Shown: positions 9,981 to 19,646 of the stretch, one piece after another
Position numbering within the stretch: position 1 is the stretch's first letter
Layout: every line of letters starts with the position of its first letter
Source: an uncultured Solirubrobacterales bacterium
Lineage (GTDB): Bacteria; Actinomycetota; Thermoleophilia; Solirubrobacterales; Solirubrobacteraceae
Reading direction: 5' to 3'
NCBI GenBank assembly: GCA_963709135.1
Contig: CAVPVI010000019.1
Location: 300,534-364,533 of the forward strand
Length of the DNA: 64,000 nucleotides
Notes under the pieces: generated by a model
The model's database searches: none
What the model saw: the letters and a program-made list of their open reading frames with translations, nothing else
What the model was told of the DNA's origin: nothing
Program-made: the position numbers and the translations under genes

Positions 9981-11243
9981 GTGCAAGACTACGCCACATC
10001 CGCTCGATCGGAAGTAGCCGCGCCAGAGTCGGTGCGCGCGGGGCCGTGCGCGGTTACCGCACCGGTACGCGGACAGCTCACACCTGCATCGGTCCTAGCC
10101 CTGCAGGCCTCCGCCGGAAATAGAGCTGTTCTGTCGCTCATGCGGCGCGCCGCGCAAACCGCCGTGACGCGCGGCGCGGCCAACGCGGTGGCCGATCAGC
10201 CCGCCCCAACTGTCATGGCCAGCGCGAATCATCCGGCCGAGATCGAGGCCAGGCGTCTTGCGCCGCGCGCGCTGCGCGGCGACGTCGTCACGTCCGCGCA
10301 TCGGCATCCGTCCGGGCCGCTGGCGCCGTTACCAAGCTGTGTTACGAAGGCGATTTCCCGCCGACAGGGACAGGGCTCGCCTTTGGATCAGGTGACGCGC
10401 GGAATCATGCAGGAGAGGCTCGGGACACGTCTCGACCACGTACGTGTGCATCAGGGTTCGGAGGTCGAGCAGCTGGCGCGCAGCGTCGACGCCAAGGCAT
10501 TCACCGTCGGCGCGGATGTCTTTCTCACGGGCCGCGATCGCATCGCGCCTGACAATCACGCGCTCGCCCACGAGCTGGTGCATGTAGCCCAGCAGGGTCA
10601 TATGCTGCAACGGCAGATCCTGTTCCGCCTGTCGCCCACGGAATGCTGCCCAATGCCGGATGCTCGTAAACCGGATGTGGCGGGCAGTGGCGACCCGGCC
10701 GCCAGCTGGAAACTCACGCTTGCTGTCGACGTGGAGGAGAAGGGTCTCAAGCGGATCAAGAGCGGCAACGTCGGGCACACGTGGGTGAAACTGAGCGCGA
10801 GCAACGGGGACAAGTGGAGCTACGGCTTCTGGCCGCAGGTCGGCTACAACGCGGACAAACCCTGGGCCCCGGTCGCCGGCTGCGTGCATCACCCCGACGT
10901 GTCGCATGAGCCGCCGCGCGCCACCGAGTACGACGACATCGACTACGACGTCTCGTCCGCGGCGTTTACAAACGCGCTTGACTACGCCGAAGCCCAGGTC
11001 AAAGGCAAGCCCGATTACAAGCTCTTCAGCTACAACTGCACTAGTTTCGCGATCGAGATGGCCAAGAGCGCCGGTATCACCCCGCCGGACGCGACTACGC
11101 TGACAATTCCCAATCCGAATGCGCTCGCGGAGGGCATCGACGAGGAGAAGAAGAAACGTGCGGAGGATGCCGCGGACGCAGCGGCCGGTCCGCGGCCGGA
11201 GTTACCGCCCGGTGGCACGGGATCTGCGGACGCCGGCGCGTGA
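9981..11243 (+). CDS. DUF4157 (eCIS core) protein with C-terminal putative permuted papain-like toxin domain
   Basis: LQASAGNRAV; GSPLD..TR..M..RLG..LDHVRVH; A.AFTVG.DVF; LAHELVHVAQQ; LQR; then GHTWVKL, SYGFWP, YNCTSFA. Confidence 0.8.
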   Translation: MQDYATSARSEVAAPESVRAGPCAVTAPVRGQLTPASVLALQASAGNRAVLSLMRRAAQTAVTRGAANAVADQPAPTVMASANHPAEIEARRLAPRALRGDVVTSAHRHPSGPLAPLPSCVTKAISRRQGQGSPLDQVTRGIMQERLGTRLDHVRVHQGSEVEQLARSVDAKAFTVGADVFLTGRDRIAPDNHALAHELVHVAQQGHMLQRQILFRLSPTECCPMPDARKPDVAGSGDPAASWKLTLAVDVEEKGLKRIKSGNVGHTWVKLSASNGDKWSYGFWPQVGYNADKPWAPVAGCVHHPDVSHEPPRATEYDDIDYDVSSAAFTNALDYAEAQVKGKPDYKLFSYNCTSFAIEMAKSAGITPPDATTLTIPNPNALAEGIDEEKKKRAEDAADAAAGPRPELPPGGTGSADAGA

Positions 11244-11293
11244 GCGGGGTATGCGCGCATCTGGTCACCGGGCAGAGACTGACGAGACGCGTC

Positions 11294-11569
11294 ATGAGCG
11301 ATGTTAAGTTCGACGTGGCGCTCAGCTGGGACGGCATCACGCTCCAGCCCGGGGGCTACGAGGTCTCCGTCCTCCCTGAGGAGTGCGTCGTCGTCCTGCG
11401 GCAGCGCGACACTGAGGTCGCTCGCCTCGCGGCAACGCTGCGCTCATCAAAGATGCGGGTGAAGCAGCTGCACGCGCAGCTGTTCCACGTTCAAGGCGAG
11501 CCGCGACGGCTGCTTGTCGTGCGTACCCCGCCGGCCGATGAGTGGGTGGTGTCGCTCGATGAAGTCTGA
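11294..11569 (+). CDS. Small hypothetical protein downstream of the toxin (candidate immunity/accessory)
   Basis: Globular-looking ORF in operon arrangement; alternative GTG start at 11240 overlaps the upstream stop. Confidence 0.55.
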   Translation: MSDVKFDVALSWDGITLQPGGYEVSVLPEECVVVLRQRDTEVARLAATLRSSKMRVKQLHAQLFHVQGEPRRLLVVRTPPADEWVVSLDEV

Positions 11570-11900
11570 CGACTCGCGCGTAATCGATTCACCCACCGAG
11601 CACCTCGAGATAGAAGCCGTATGGCCGGATATCGACGACCCTCCGGCGCTTGCAGCCAATCAGTTCCTGTGCCAGTGGACTGGTATCACAGAAGCGATGC
11701 TGACGTTCGGTCACGTTTCGCCACCGCTCATGCAAGGCGGGTCCGCGGAGCGCGTCGCGGATGTCTTGCGTCGTCGATCGGTAAGCATCCGGCCCGTCGG
11801 CCGCTTCGGTCTTACGCGCACGCGGCTGCAGGAGTTGAGGGATGTCATCGATGGCGCACTGCGTGCGTACGACGAAGCGCATCCCCCCTCCGAGGCATGA
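11559..11900 (+). CDS. DUF3467-like small protein
   Basis: ANQF...E..LTFG.V.PP...V.RF.LT...L.EL...I...L..Y pattern; overlaps the upstream stop. Confidence 0.55.
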   Translation: MKSDDSRVIDSPTEHLEIEAVWPDIDDPPALAANQFLCQWTGITEAMLTFGHVSPPLMQGGSAERVADVLRRRSVSIRPVGRFGLTRTRLQELRDVIDGALRAYDEAHPPSEA

Positions 11901-12254
11901 CGAACCGGGGCTAGTCCGGTGGAGGAGAGCAACACCGACTGATGTCATCAACCGTCGAGAACGTCGGTATCCTCATAGTCAAGTGCCGTGTCGATAAATC
12001 CTACGCTCGATAAAACTTACAAAGGTCACCAGATTTCGGGTGTCCACGACGTCAGCGAACGCGCTCGGAGACGTCCTTCGACGCCGCTATGTTCACCGTG
12101 ACGACTACGTCAACGACGTAAGGGCTTGTTCATAAATAACGTCGTGGTTTGATGCTGTAGTTCCCTTCAAGATTCGACCCCGCGACCAACCAACCTGCTG
12201 ACTTATAATGGTGAGTTTAAGGTGCACGACCGATCCGCGGGCCGGGCCGGCGCT

Positions 12255-12460
12255 GGCCTGCTGATCCCCCGCGCCGAGAGCCCCTCGACCCGCGCCATCC
12301 GCCGTACCTCAGCCCACTGCTCCACGCTAACCACCCGCTTCCTCCTCGCTCGACCATTGATCAAGCGAGCCTCGAAGGCCGGCCGGACAACACCGGCCCT
12401 CCGCCGGATGGCCTACTCTTCGACCGGCGCAGGTGGACTGGTTTTCACTCGGCGCCCACA
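12255..12460 (-). mobile_element. IS21-family left end with truncated istA start
   Basis: Minus strand begins TGTGGGCGCCGAGTGAAAAC; RBS GAGGAGG; GTG at 12334 gives VVSVEQWAEVRRMARVEGLSARGISR. Confidence 0.7.
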
Positions 12461-12611
12461 CCCGTGAGCAGGCGCTGGGGGGAACGTGTGGGGGAACGGC
12501 GAACCTGGAGAAGAGGCCTACCTTGGCCTGCGTTGACCCACCAAGGAGCGGTGCCGCGACGGCCTGCGGAGGGCCGAAACGCCCGCGGTTGCGGGCGATC
12601 CGCCCAAATCA

Positions 12612-12676
12612 CGGAGAGGGGGGATTCGAACCCCCGTCGGACCGAAAGGCCCGAACCGGTTTTCGAGTCCGGTGCA
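12612..12676 (-). pseudogene. 3' fragment of tRNA-Ser(CGA)
   Basis: Anticodon arm ccgga-CT-CGA-AA-accgg, long variable arm, T arm ggggg-TTCGAAT-ccccc, 3' acceptor ctctccg; no 5' acceptor strand or D arm. Confidence 0.75.
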
Positions 12677-12816
12677 GTCTCACCCCGGCGAGTAGCGCCG
12701 CCGGGGCCCCTGAGCGGCCGCGCCGGAGCGGCCGACGCCCCGCGCGTCGGTGCGTAACTTCGAAAGGTCTGGCCGAGCCCTCTCAGATGTCCAATCTGGA
12801 CATAGTTGTCTGCTCA

Positions 12817-12858
12817 ATTGGTCCGGTAAACGCCGTTTTCGGCGTTTACCGGACCAAT
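12817..12858. repeat. Perfect 19-bp inverted repeat with TTTT loop downstream of tRNA-Phe
   Basis: attggtccggtaaacgccg-tttt-cggcgtttaccggaccaat. Confidence 0.85.
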
Positions 12859-12922
12859 GAGAGCTGATTCTGGAGCTTTCGGGCAAGAGAGAAAATGCTC
12901 GATTAGCAGGGATTTCTGGTAG

Positions 12923-12995
12923 TGGCGAGACCCGGACTTGAACCGGGGACACCACGATTTTCAGTCGTGTGCTCTACCAGCTGAGCTATCTCGCC
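12923..12995 (-). tRNA. tRNA-Phe(GAA), CCA not encoded
   Basis: GGCGAGATAGCTCAGCTGGTAGAGCACACGACTGAAAATCGTGGTGTCCCCGGTTCAAGTCCGGGTCTCGCCA forms a full cloverleaf. Confidence 0.97.
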
Positions 12996-13115
12996 GTTTC
13001 CGACGATCCTATCGGCTCGTTGCGAATAGGGCGGCTTGGGAACAACCTGTGAACGAGCGCGTGGTAATCGCCCGGCAATGTCGCAGGACGCCGCCGTGAT
13101 GGCGACAATGACGCC

Positions 13116-13664
13116 ATGAACGATGAGCGACGGCTATACGTCCTGCGACACGCGAAGTCGAGCTGGGACAACCCTGCACAGGAGGACCACGACCGGCCGC
13201 TGGCGCCTCGTGGCCAGCGGGCGGTGGCGGCGCTCGCCACCTACATCGCCAACAGCGAGATCCGGCCGCAGATCGTGTTGTGCTCTTCCGCGCGTCGCAC
13301 CCGCGAGACGCTCGAGGGTGTCGGCGTCGGCGGCGCGCACCGGATCGAGCGCAGGTTCTTCGAGCTCGGCTGCGGCGGGCTGCTCGACGAGCTGCGGGCG
13401 CTGCCGGCCGACACCGAGTCGGCGATGGTCGTCGGTCACAACCCGACGATGCAGAGGCTCGTGCTGAAGCTGACCGGTGGCAGCGCCACTCATAACGCGG
13501 GTCCATCTCAGCAGCTGGTGGGAGAGCAGCTGGTCGAGATCGAGCGAAAGTTCCCGACCGGCGCGCTCGCGACGCTGCGCTTCAGCTGCCAGTGGGCGGA
13601 GCTTGCCAGTGGTGCCGCGCAGCTGTCCGAGTACGTGAAACCGAAGGCGCTGCAGTTCAGCTAG
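13116..13664 (+). CDS. sixA: SixA-family phosphohistidine phosphatase
   Basis: LRHAKS, DHDRPL..RG, CSSA.RTRET, VVGHNP, FPTGA. Confidence 0.9.
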   Translation: MNDERRLYVLRHAKSSWDNPAQEDHDRPLAPRGQRAVAALATYIANSEIRPQIVLCSSARRTRETLEGVGVGGAHRIERRFFELGCGGLLDELRALPADTESAMVVGHNPTMQRLVLKLTGGSATHNAGPSQQLVGEQLVEIERKFPTGALATLRFSCQWAELASGAAQLSEYVKPKALQFS

Positions 13665-15933
13665 CGGCCCGCAGCAGCCGCGCGAGCAGCTCGAGCGCGC
13701 CCGCCTTCGACAGCGGCTCGTTGAGGTTGCCGCACTTGGGCGACTGCACGCATGACGGGCAGCCTCTGCTGCAGCCGCACTCGCCGATCAGTCGCCGCGC
13801 GTCGCCAACCAGGCGCGTGAACTGGTCGAAGCCGCGCCGCGTGATGCCGACGCCACCGGGATGGCCGTCGTAGATGAAGATCGTCGGGCCGCCGGTCTGC
13901 GGATGCGCGTTGGTGGACAGGCCGCCGATGTCCCAGCGGTCACACATCGCAATCAGCGGCAGCACCGCGATCTGGCCGTGCTCGAGCGCGTGCAGCGCGC
14001 CCAGCAGGTGCTCGGCCGGAAACGGCTCGGCGGCGATCAGCTCGTCGAGCTCGTACCACAGCGCGCGCGTGGAAAACTCGGTGGTCGGCAGATCCAACCC
14101 CTGGAAGTCGATCACGCGCTGGTCCTGCAGGTGCTTGCGCTGGTAGCCGAGCACGGTCTCCGTGTAAACGACCGAGCCGAACGAGAGCTTCACTCCGTGG
14201 GTGGCGCGCTGTGCCGCCAAGCGCTCGACGTAGATCATGATCTCGCGCTTGGTCTGCGTGAAGTGCTCGCCGGAGAACGGCTCGAGCAGCGCGCGGCGCG
14301 CTCCGAGGTCGAGCTCGAGCACCTCGTAGGAGCGACCCATGTGCAGGTAGATCGCGCCGTCGTGGACGGTCGAGTAGGCGCGCGCCGCTTCGATCGTACC
14401 GAGCACCTCGCCCGAGCTGGCGTCGATCAGGATGAAGCTGTCGGCCGAAGCGGAGCGCAGCGCGACCCGCGCCGCCGGGTAGTCGTCGGCGCGCGACGGG
14501 ACAAAGCCGGTCGCGCGCTCGCGCAACAGCCGCGCTTGCACCAGTTGCTGAGCGCCTTCGATCACGCCTGGCCCGAGGATCTCCTCGTCCGCCTCAGTCA
14601 AAGGCGCTTCGTGGGCGGCGCACAGCAGGTGCTCGGCGTGGATCTCGGGGCTCGTCGGGTCGATGATCGCGGCTTCGACCGGGCGGCGCAGGAACTCGTC
14701 GGGGTGCCGCGCGAAGAACTGATCGAGCGCGTCCTCGCCGGCGATGTACACGGCCAAGCCGCGGCCGCGCCGGCCGGCGCGGCCCCACATCTGGCGCAGG
14801 CTCGCGACGGTTCCCGGGAAGGTCACGCAGATCGCCGCGTCGAGCGAGCCGATGTCGATCCCGAGCTCCAGCGCGTCGGTCGCGACTACCCCTAGCAGCT
14901 CGCCGCTCGCCAGCCGCGCCTCGATCTCGTGGCGCTGGGCCGGGGTGTAGCCGCCGCGGTATGGGGCGATGCGCGCCGCCAGCTCGCTCGGCAGGCGATC
15001 GACCGAGTGGCGCAGGATCAGCTCGACGGCCTTGCGGGACTTGATGAAGCAGATCGTCCGCGCGCCCGCCCTGACCAGCTCGGAGAACAGCTCCGCTGCC
15101 TCGTACAGCGACGAGGCCCGGACGCCGAGCTGCTCGTCGAGCAGCGGCGGATTCCAGATCGCCACCCGGCGCTCGGAGCGCGGGGCGCCGTCGCCGTCGA
15201 CCAGGTTGATGTCCCGTAGACCGGTGAGGCCCTCGGCTAGCTCCAGCGGGTTGGCGATCGTCGCGCTGGTGAGCAGGAAGCGTGGCGCGGTGCGGTAGAT
15301 CGCGGCGGCCCGGCGCAGCCGCCGCAGGACGTTGGCGACGTGAGAGCCGAACACGCCCCGGTAGACATGGGCCTCGTCGATCACCACAAACGCGAGGTTC
15401 GCGAGCAGGTCGCCCCAGCTCGCATGGTGGGGCAAGATCCCGACATGGAGCATGTCGGGATTGGTGATGATCAGGTTGCTGCGCTTGCGGATCGCGGCGC
15501 GGTCCTGGCGCGGCGTGTCGCCGTCGTAGATCGCGGGGCGGATCTGCTTGGTCAGACCGAACGCGTGCAGCGCCCGCGCCTGATCCTGCGCCAGCGCCTT
15601 GGTTGGATACAGGTACAACGCGCGCGCGGACGGGTCGCTGACGAGCACCTCGAGCGTCGGCAGCTGGAAGCACAGCGACTTGCCCGAAGCGGTGCCGGTG
15701 GTGACGATCGTCGGCCCTTCCCAGGCCGCCAGCAGCGCCTCGCGCTGATGCGTATAGAGGCTCGTCACCCCGACCCGGGCGAGCGCTTGGTGGACCAGCG
15801 GATGCAGATCGTCGGGGATTGAAACAAGGCGCGCGGAGCGCGCCCCATAAAGATCGTCGTGAACCAGCCGCGCGTCGCTGCGGCCCAAGCTCAGCAGCCC
15901 CTCCCAGGGCTCGATCTCGTGCGCGGTGGCCAT
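13657..15933 (-). CDS. DEAD/DEAH helicase with C-terminal DUF1998 Zn domain (MrfA/SftH/Hrq1-like)
   Basis: TASGKS, YPTKALAQDQ, DEAH, SAT, GRAGR, YDGHPGG.G, C.C..GCPSC. Confidence 0.95.
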   Translation of the reverse strand: MATAHEIEPWEGLLSLGRSDARLVHDDLYGARSARLVSIPDDLHPLVHQALARVGVTSLYTHQREALLAAWEGPTIVTTGTASGKSLCFQLPTLEVLVSDPSARALYLYPTKALAQDQARALHAFGLTKQIRPAIYDGDTPRQDRAAIRKRSNLIITNPDMLHVGILPHHASWGDLLANLAFVVIDEAHVYRGVFGSHVANVLRRLRRAAAIYRTAPRFLLTSATIANPLELAEGLTGLRDINLVDGDGAPRSERRVAIWNPPLLDEQLGVRASSLYEAAELFSELVRAGARTICFIKSRKAVELILRHSVDRLPSELAARIAPYRGGYTPAQRHEIEARLASGELLGVVATDALELGIDIGSLDAAICVTFPGTVASLRQMWGRAGRRGRGLAVYIAGEDALDQFFARHPDEFLRRPVEAAIIDPTSPEIHAEHLLCAAHEAPLTEADEEILGPGVIEGAQQLVQARLLRERATGFVPSRADDYPAARVALRSASADSFILIDASSGEVLGTIEAARAYSTVHDGAIYLHMGRSYEVLELDLGARRALLEPFSGEHFTQTKREIMIYVERLAAQRATHGVKLSFGSVVYTETVLGYQRKHLQDQRVIDFQGLDLPTTEFSTRALWYELDELIAAEPFPAEHLLGALHALEHGQIAVLPLIAMCDRWDIGGLSTNAHPQTGGPTIFIYDGHPGGVGITRRGFDQFTRLVGDARRLIGECGCSRGCPSCVQSPKCGNLNEPLSKAGALELLARLLRAAS

Positions 15934-16006
15934 CTGCCCAGTATGGCGGCGGGGAGGTGGCGGTTGGAGTCGTTCGTGGGCGCGTGGCTGCTAGGTTCGC
16001 GAGATT

Positions 16007-16861
16007 GTGCTGCGCTGCATGTACGTCGATCTGGACGGAACGCTGCTGGGTCCCGGCGGGTCGCTGCTGTGCGGCGCCGACGGCTCGTTTGCGCTCGACG
16101 GCGTCCGTGCGCTGCAGGCCTGCGAGCGGGCGGGGGTCGAGGTCGTGATCTACTCGGGTCGCATGTACAGCAGCGTGTTCGACGGCGCGCGCCTGCTCGG
16201 GCTGCGTTCGTTCATCTTCGAGATCGGCTGCGGGCTGGTGCTCGACGGCGAGCTCGAATGGCTCACCGGCGGTCTCCAGCCGTCGCCGCAGAAGGGCACG
16301 ATCTACGAGCAGATCGAAGCGACCGGCGCGCCGGCCCTGCTGCTGCAGCGCTTCGCCGGCTCACTCGAGTACCACACGCCCTGGTCGGTCGGGCGCGAGG
16401 TCTCGCACCTGTTCCGTGGCCTGGTGCCCAGTTCCGAGGCGCAGGCGGTCCTGGCGCAGGCGGGCCTCGACTGGCTGCGGCTGGTCGACAACGGCGTCAT
16501 CTGGACCGGGGATCCGAGCCGAGACGGCCACGAGCGGCGCGACGGGCCCCGCTGGGGAGTCGGCCCAGGACGCGTGCACGCGTATCACCTGATCCCCGCG
16601 GTGGCCTCGAAGGCGCGCGCCGTGGCTCGCCACATGCAGAACCGCGGTTACGCGCCGATGGACTGCATAGCCGTCGGCGATTCGCGCGAGGACATGGACG
16701 CGGCCGGGATCGTCGGGTGCTTCTGGCTGGTCGCCAACGCGCTGCAGCGTGACCCAACGCTGGCGCGGGAGATCGCCGGCCGCCCCGGCGTGCGGGTTGC
16801 GTCCGAGGGCTTCGGCGCCGGCGTCTACGAAGCGGTCCTGACCACGCTCGCCGGCGGCTGA
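16007..16861 (+). CDS. HAD-superfamily hydrolase
   Basis: DLDGT motif I, SGR motif II, SKA and GDSRED motifs III/IV. Confidence 0.85.
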   Translation: MLRCMYVDLDGTLLGPGGSLLCGADGSFALDGVRALQACERAGVEVVIYSGRMYSSVFDGARLLGLRSFIFEIGCGLVLDGELEWLTGGLQPSPQKGTIYEQIEATGAPALLLQRFAGSLEYHTPWSVGREVSHLFRGLVPSSEAQAVLAQAGLDWLRLVDNGVIWTGDPSRDGHERRDGPRWGVGPGRVHAYHLIPAVASKARAVARHMQNRGYAPMDCIAVGDSREDMDAAGIVGCFWLVANALQRDPTLAREIAGRPGVRVASEGFGAGVYEAVLTTLAGG

Positions 16862-16870
16862 CGATCGGTG

Positions 16871-17145
<275 letters not shown>

Positions 17146-17285
17146 GGCCGGTCGCTGCCGCGAACGTGGCGCCTGTCTGGCGCGCGGGCCCGCGATTGTG
17201 CCCTGACCCTCCGGCGAACCGGCCGGCAGCGGCGCGCCTCGGGCACGCGGGGCACCGGTCGCTGGAGCTCGCGCAGGGCCAAAAC

Positions 17286-17400
17286 CGTGTCTGACCGAAC
17301 AATCCTCCGCGTGAGGCGCCCGATTGTCCGTACCGGCTCGGAAATCGACATCGAACGAGCAATCGACCCGCTCGCGCATCGAATTGTTCGGTCAGACACG
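17286..17400. repeat. 115-bp element with perfect 18-bp terminal inverted repeats (MITE/REP-like)
   Basis: cgtgtctgaccgaacaat (17286-17303) and attgttcggtcagacacg (17383-17400). Confidence 0.75.
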
Positions 17401-17428
17401 CGCGAGCCCCGGTCAGACATGCCCGAGC

Positions 17429-17586
17429 GAGCGCGTCTTGCCCGCGCGGTCCGTGGCCGAGCCCCGGCGGCTCGAGCCGCCGTTCAGGCGACGCCGCGGC
17501 TGCGCGTGAGCGCGTCTTTCCCGTGGGCCGCGGCCGAGCCTCGCCGGCTCGAGCCGCCGTTCAGGCGGCGCCGCGGCTGCGTGTGC
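17429..17586. repeat. About 78-bp tandem duplication covering the 3' end of the 17561-18034 gene
   Basis: Two copies of gagcgcgtctt...ggccgagcc...cggctcgagccgccgttcaggcg.cgccgcggctgcg.gtg. Confidence 0.8.
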
Positions 17587-18034
17587 GCGCCTGGACCTCG
17601 CGGATCACGGCGTCCTCCTGCTCAACCGCGGCGGCCAGCTCGCCCGCCGCCTTCGACATCTCCCCGAACGCGTTGGCGAGGTTCACCGCGCTGGAGCCCG
17701 CGATTGCCGCGTTGAGGTCGGCGACGGCCGCGTCGAATCCCCTCCACAGCTCCTGCGGTCCGCGCCGGCCCGTGCCCGGCCGCAGCTCGTACGGTGGCTC
17801 GGCCGACTCGGCTCCCGGTATTGGCCGCCACAGCAAGCCCGCCGAATGCGCGTGCTCCCAGGCAACCTGTTCGGTCGCAGCTGCATCGGCCAACGCTCTC
17901 AGGCGCGCCGCGAAGCCGGCGTCGGGCGGCGCGAGCTTGTGAGCGCGCATCGCATCGGCCCAGCCGGCGCTGGCGTGGCGCACAAGGCGCATCACGTGCG
18001 CGCGCTGGCGGTCGAGGTCGTCGCCGAAGCTCAT
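17561..18034 (-). CDS. Hypothetical helical protein
   Basis: Well-formed ORF downstream of the HTH gene, GC3-biased. Confidence 0.7.
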   Translation of the reverse strand: MSFGDDLDRQRAHVMRLVRHASAGWADAMRAHKLAPPDAGFAARLRALADAAATEQVAWEHAHSAGLLWRPIPGAESAEPPYELRPGTGRRGPQELWRGFDAAVADLNAAIAGSSAVNLANAFGEMSKAAGELAAAVEQEDAVIREVQARTRSRGAA

Positions 18035-18115
18035 GCTCGATCAATCACCGGATCATCCCGACCCCGGTTGCATGCCAGTCATGCCTCCTGAGCGGCGAGA
18101 TGCACTGGGCCGACC

Positions 18116-18409
18116 TCATCCGTCGTGGCCGCCGGCGGACGGATCTACCTCGGCGACACCCACCGGTTCTCCGCCCCAGAAGTCCTGAGCGTTGGGGCCC
18201 GCCAGGTGCGCCGGTGACCCGCCTGAGCGATAGCCCTGCTCGACCAGGCGGTCCAAGTCCCCACGCTTGATGCGCACGCGGCGTCCCACCTTCACCGCCG
18301 GCAGCGATCCCTGATCGATCCAGTTGCGGACCGTCTGCTGGTTCAGCTTGAGCATCTCGGCGACCTCGGCGACGGTCAGAAACGACTGTTCTGGATCCTG
18401 GTGTTCCAT
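18116..18409 (-). CDS. Excisionase/BldC-like HTH_17 DNA-binding protein
   Basis: FLTVAEVAEMLKLNQQTVRNWIDQGSLPAVKVGRRVRI. Confidence 0.9.
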   Translation of the reverse strand: MEHQDPEQSFLTVAEVAEMLKLNQQTVRNWIDQGSLPAVKVGRRVRIKRGDLDRLVEQGYRSGGSPAHLAGPNAQDFWGGEPVGVAEVDPSAGGHDG

Positions 18410-18422
18410 CCCTTGCTTTTCC

Positions 18423-18453
18423 AATTGAGACTAATCTCGTTTCAAATTGAAAC
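18423..18453. promoter_or_regulatory. Candidate operator in the AT-rich divergent promoter
   Basis: Direct repeats AATTGAGAC (18423) and AATTGAAAC (18445) 22 bp apart; palindrome gtttcaa-a-ttgaaac. Confidence 0.45.
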
Positions 18454-18558
18454 AGATCACTTCTAACTGAGTGTGGTTATACTAGCGCGGCTGTCGGACG
18501 GAATGGCTGAATCGGGCAGGAGGCTACGGGCGGATGGGGTCGACGTCTAAGAGGATCA

Positions 18559-19624
18559 ATGGACGGCAACGGGGCTGACAACGTCGTCCACTTCCCGGGG
18601 AACTGGATCGGTCCACTAGAGGATCTGGTGCCGTTCGGGCCGTCAGCGGAACGCGCCGCCGGCGCCGATCCGCTGCGGCTTGCGGCCGATCCGAGCGCCA
18701 TGACCGATTCCCCCGCGCTCAGCGCCGATGCGTTCTGGGGCGAGGACGCCGGCTCCATCCACGCGGTCGTGCAGCCTCCGCGCGGCGGTGCCGTGACTGC
18801 TGGGAGCGCCACAGGTACAGCGACTGGACCCGGCGAAGCAGGTCTCGTGACTGCCGGCAGGGCGGCGCCTGCCATCGCAACTGGTGCAGCGGCAGTTCAA
18901 GGGGCGGACGGCCCCGGCGCTCCCGCGCGCGGATCCCGGCGGACGTTCGCGCGTCACGCGTCCCTAGGCGGCGCTTTCGCGATCGCCCGCCGCACACCGA
19001 CCCGGACCCAGGTGGTAGTGCTCACAGCCCTGCTGGCGCTCTCAGGTTCAATGTTCGCGCTGCTCGGCCGGCGCGTGGCGCCGCAGCATTCACCCGGCGC
19101 CACGCTCGGCGAGACGCCTGCCGCGCGTTCGCGGGCGAACACCGGCACCCGGAACGGAGCCGCTGTCCTGGCTCTCAGCGAGATCGAAACCGGCATCGAA
19201 GATCAGGCTGGTTTGGAGGCGAGCGCGAGCGGTGCTGCCAGCGTCCCCTCGAGCGCCGCCGCGGAATCCGCAGCTCGCGCCGCACGCCATGAGCCGCATA
19301 GGTCCGCTGCGGCACGTAGCGACTCAGGCGGCGTCCAACACGGCGAACACCGCGTCCAACACCGCGTCCAACACGGCGAACACCGCGTCCAACACGGCGA
19401 ACAGCGCCGCCAGCAGCCAGGCGGACGCCAGTACAGCTACCCGGGCCGCCGCGGCTACCGAACCGGCCTCCAACGAGGCCGCACCTTACCGCGAGCCGAC
19501 CGTGTCCGACGGTCAGTCGCGCGCAGTGAGCAGCGGGACCAGCGCCGTCAGTAATAGCGGCCAGAGCCACAGTCTCGATTCGGCCAGCCCGCTGCCGGTA
19601 CCCGGCGGCCCGCCGGCACCGTAA
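18559..19624 (+). pseudogene. Membrane-anchored low-complexity protein, frameshifted near 19230-19310
   Basis: N-terminal NVVHFPGNWIGPLEDLVPFG, one TM segment, tail continues in the 19232-19624 frame (ASNTANT repeats). Confidence 0.55.
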
Positions 19625-19646
19625 CGCAGCAGCGAAAGGATCAGCG

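Noticed and set aside
1-12900. attR duplicate of the tRNA-Phe 3' end delimiting an island
   Set aside because: No copy seen within the window; the boundary may lie outside
18116-18409. Prophage/ICE excisionase marking an element
   Set aside because: No adjacent integrase or phage genes; fits a stand-alone HTH_17 regulator
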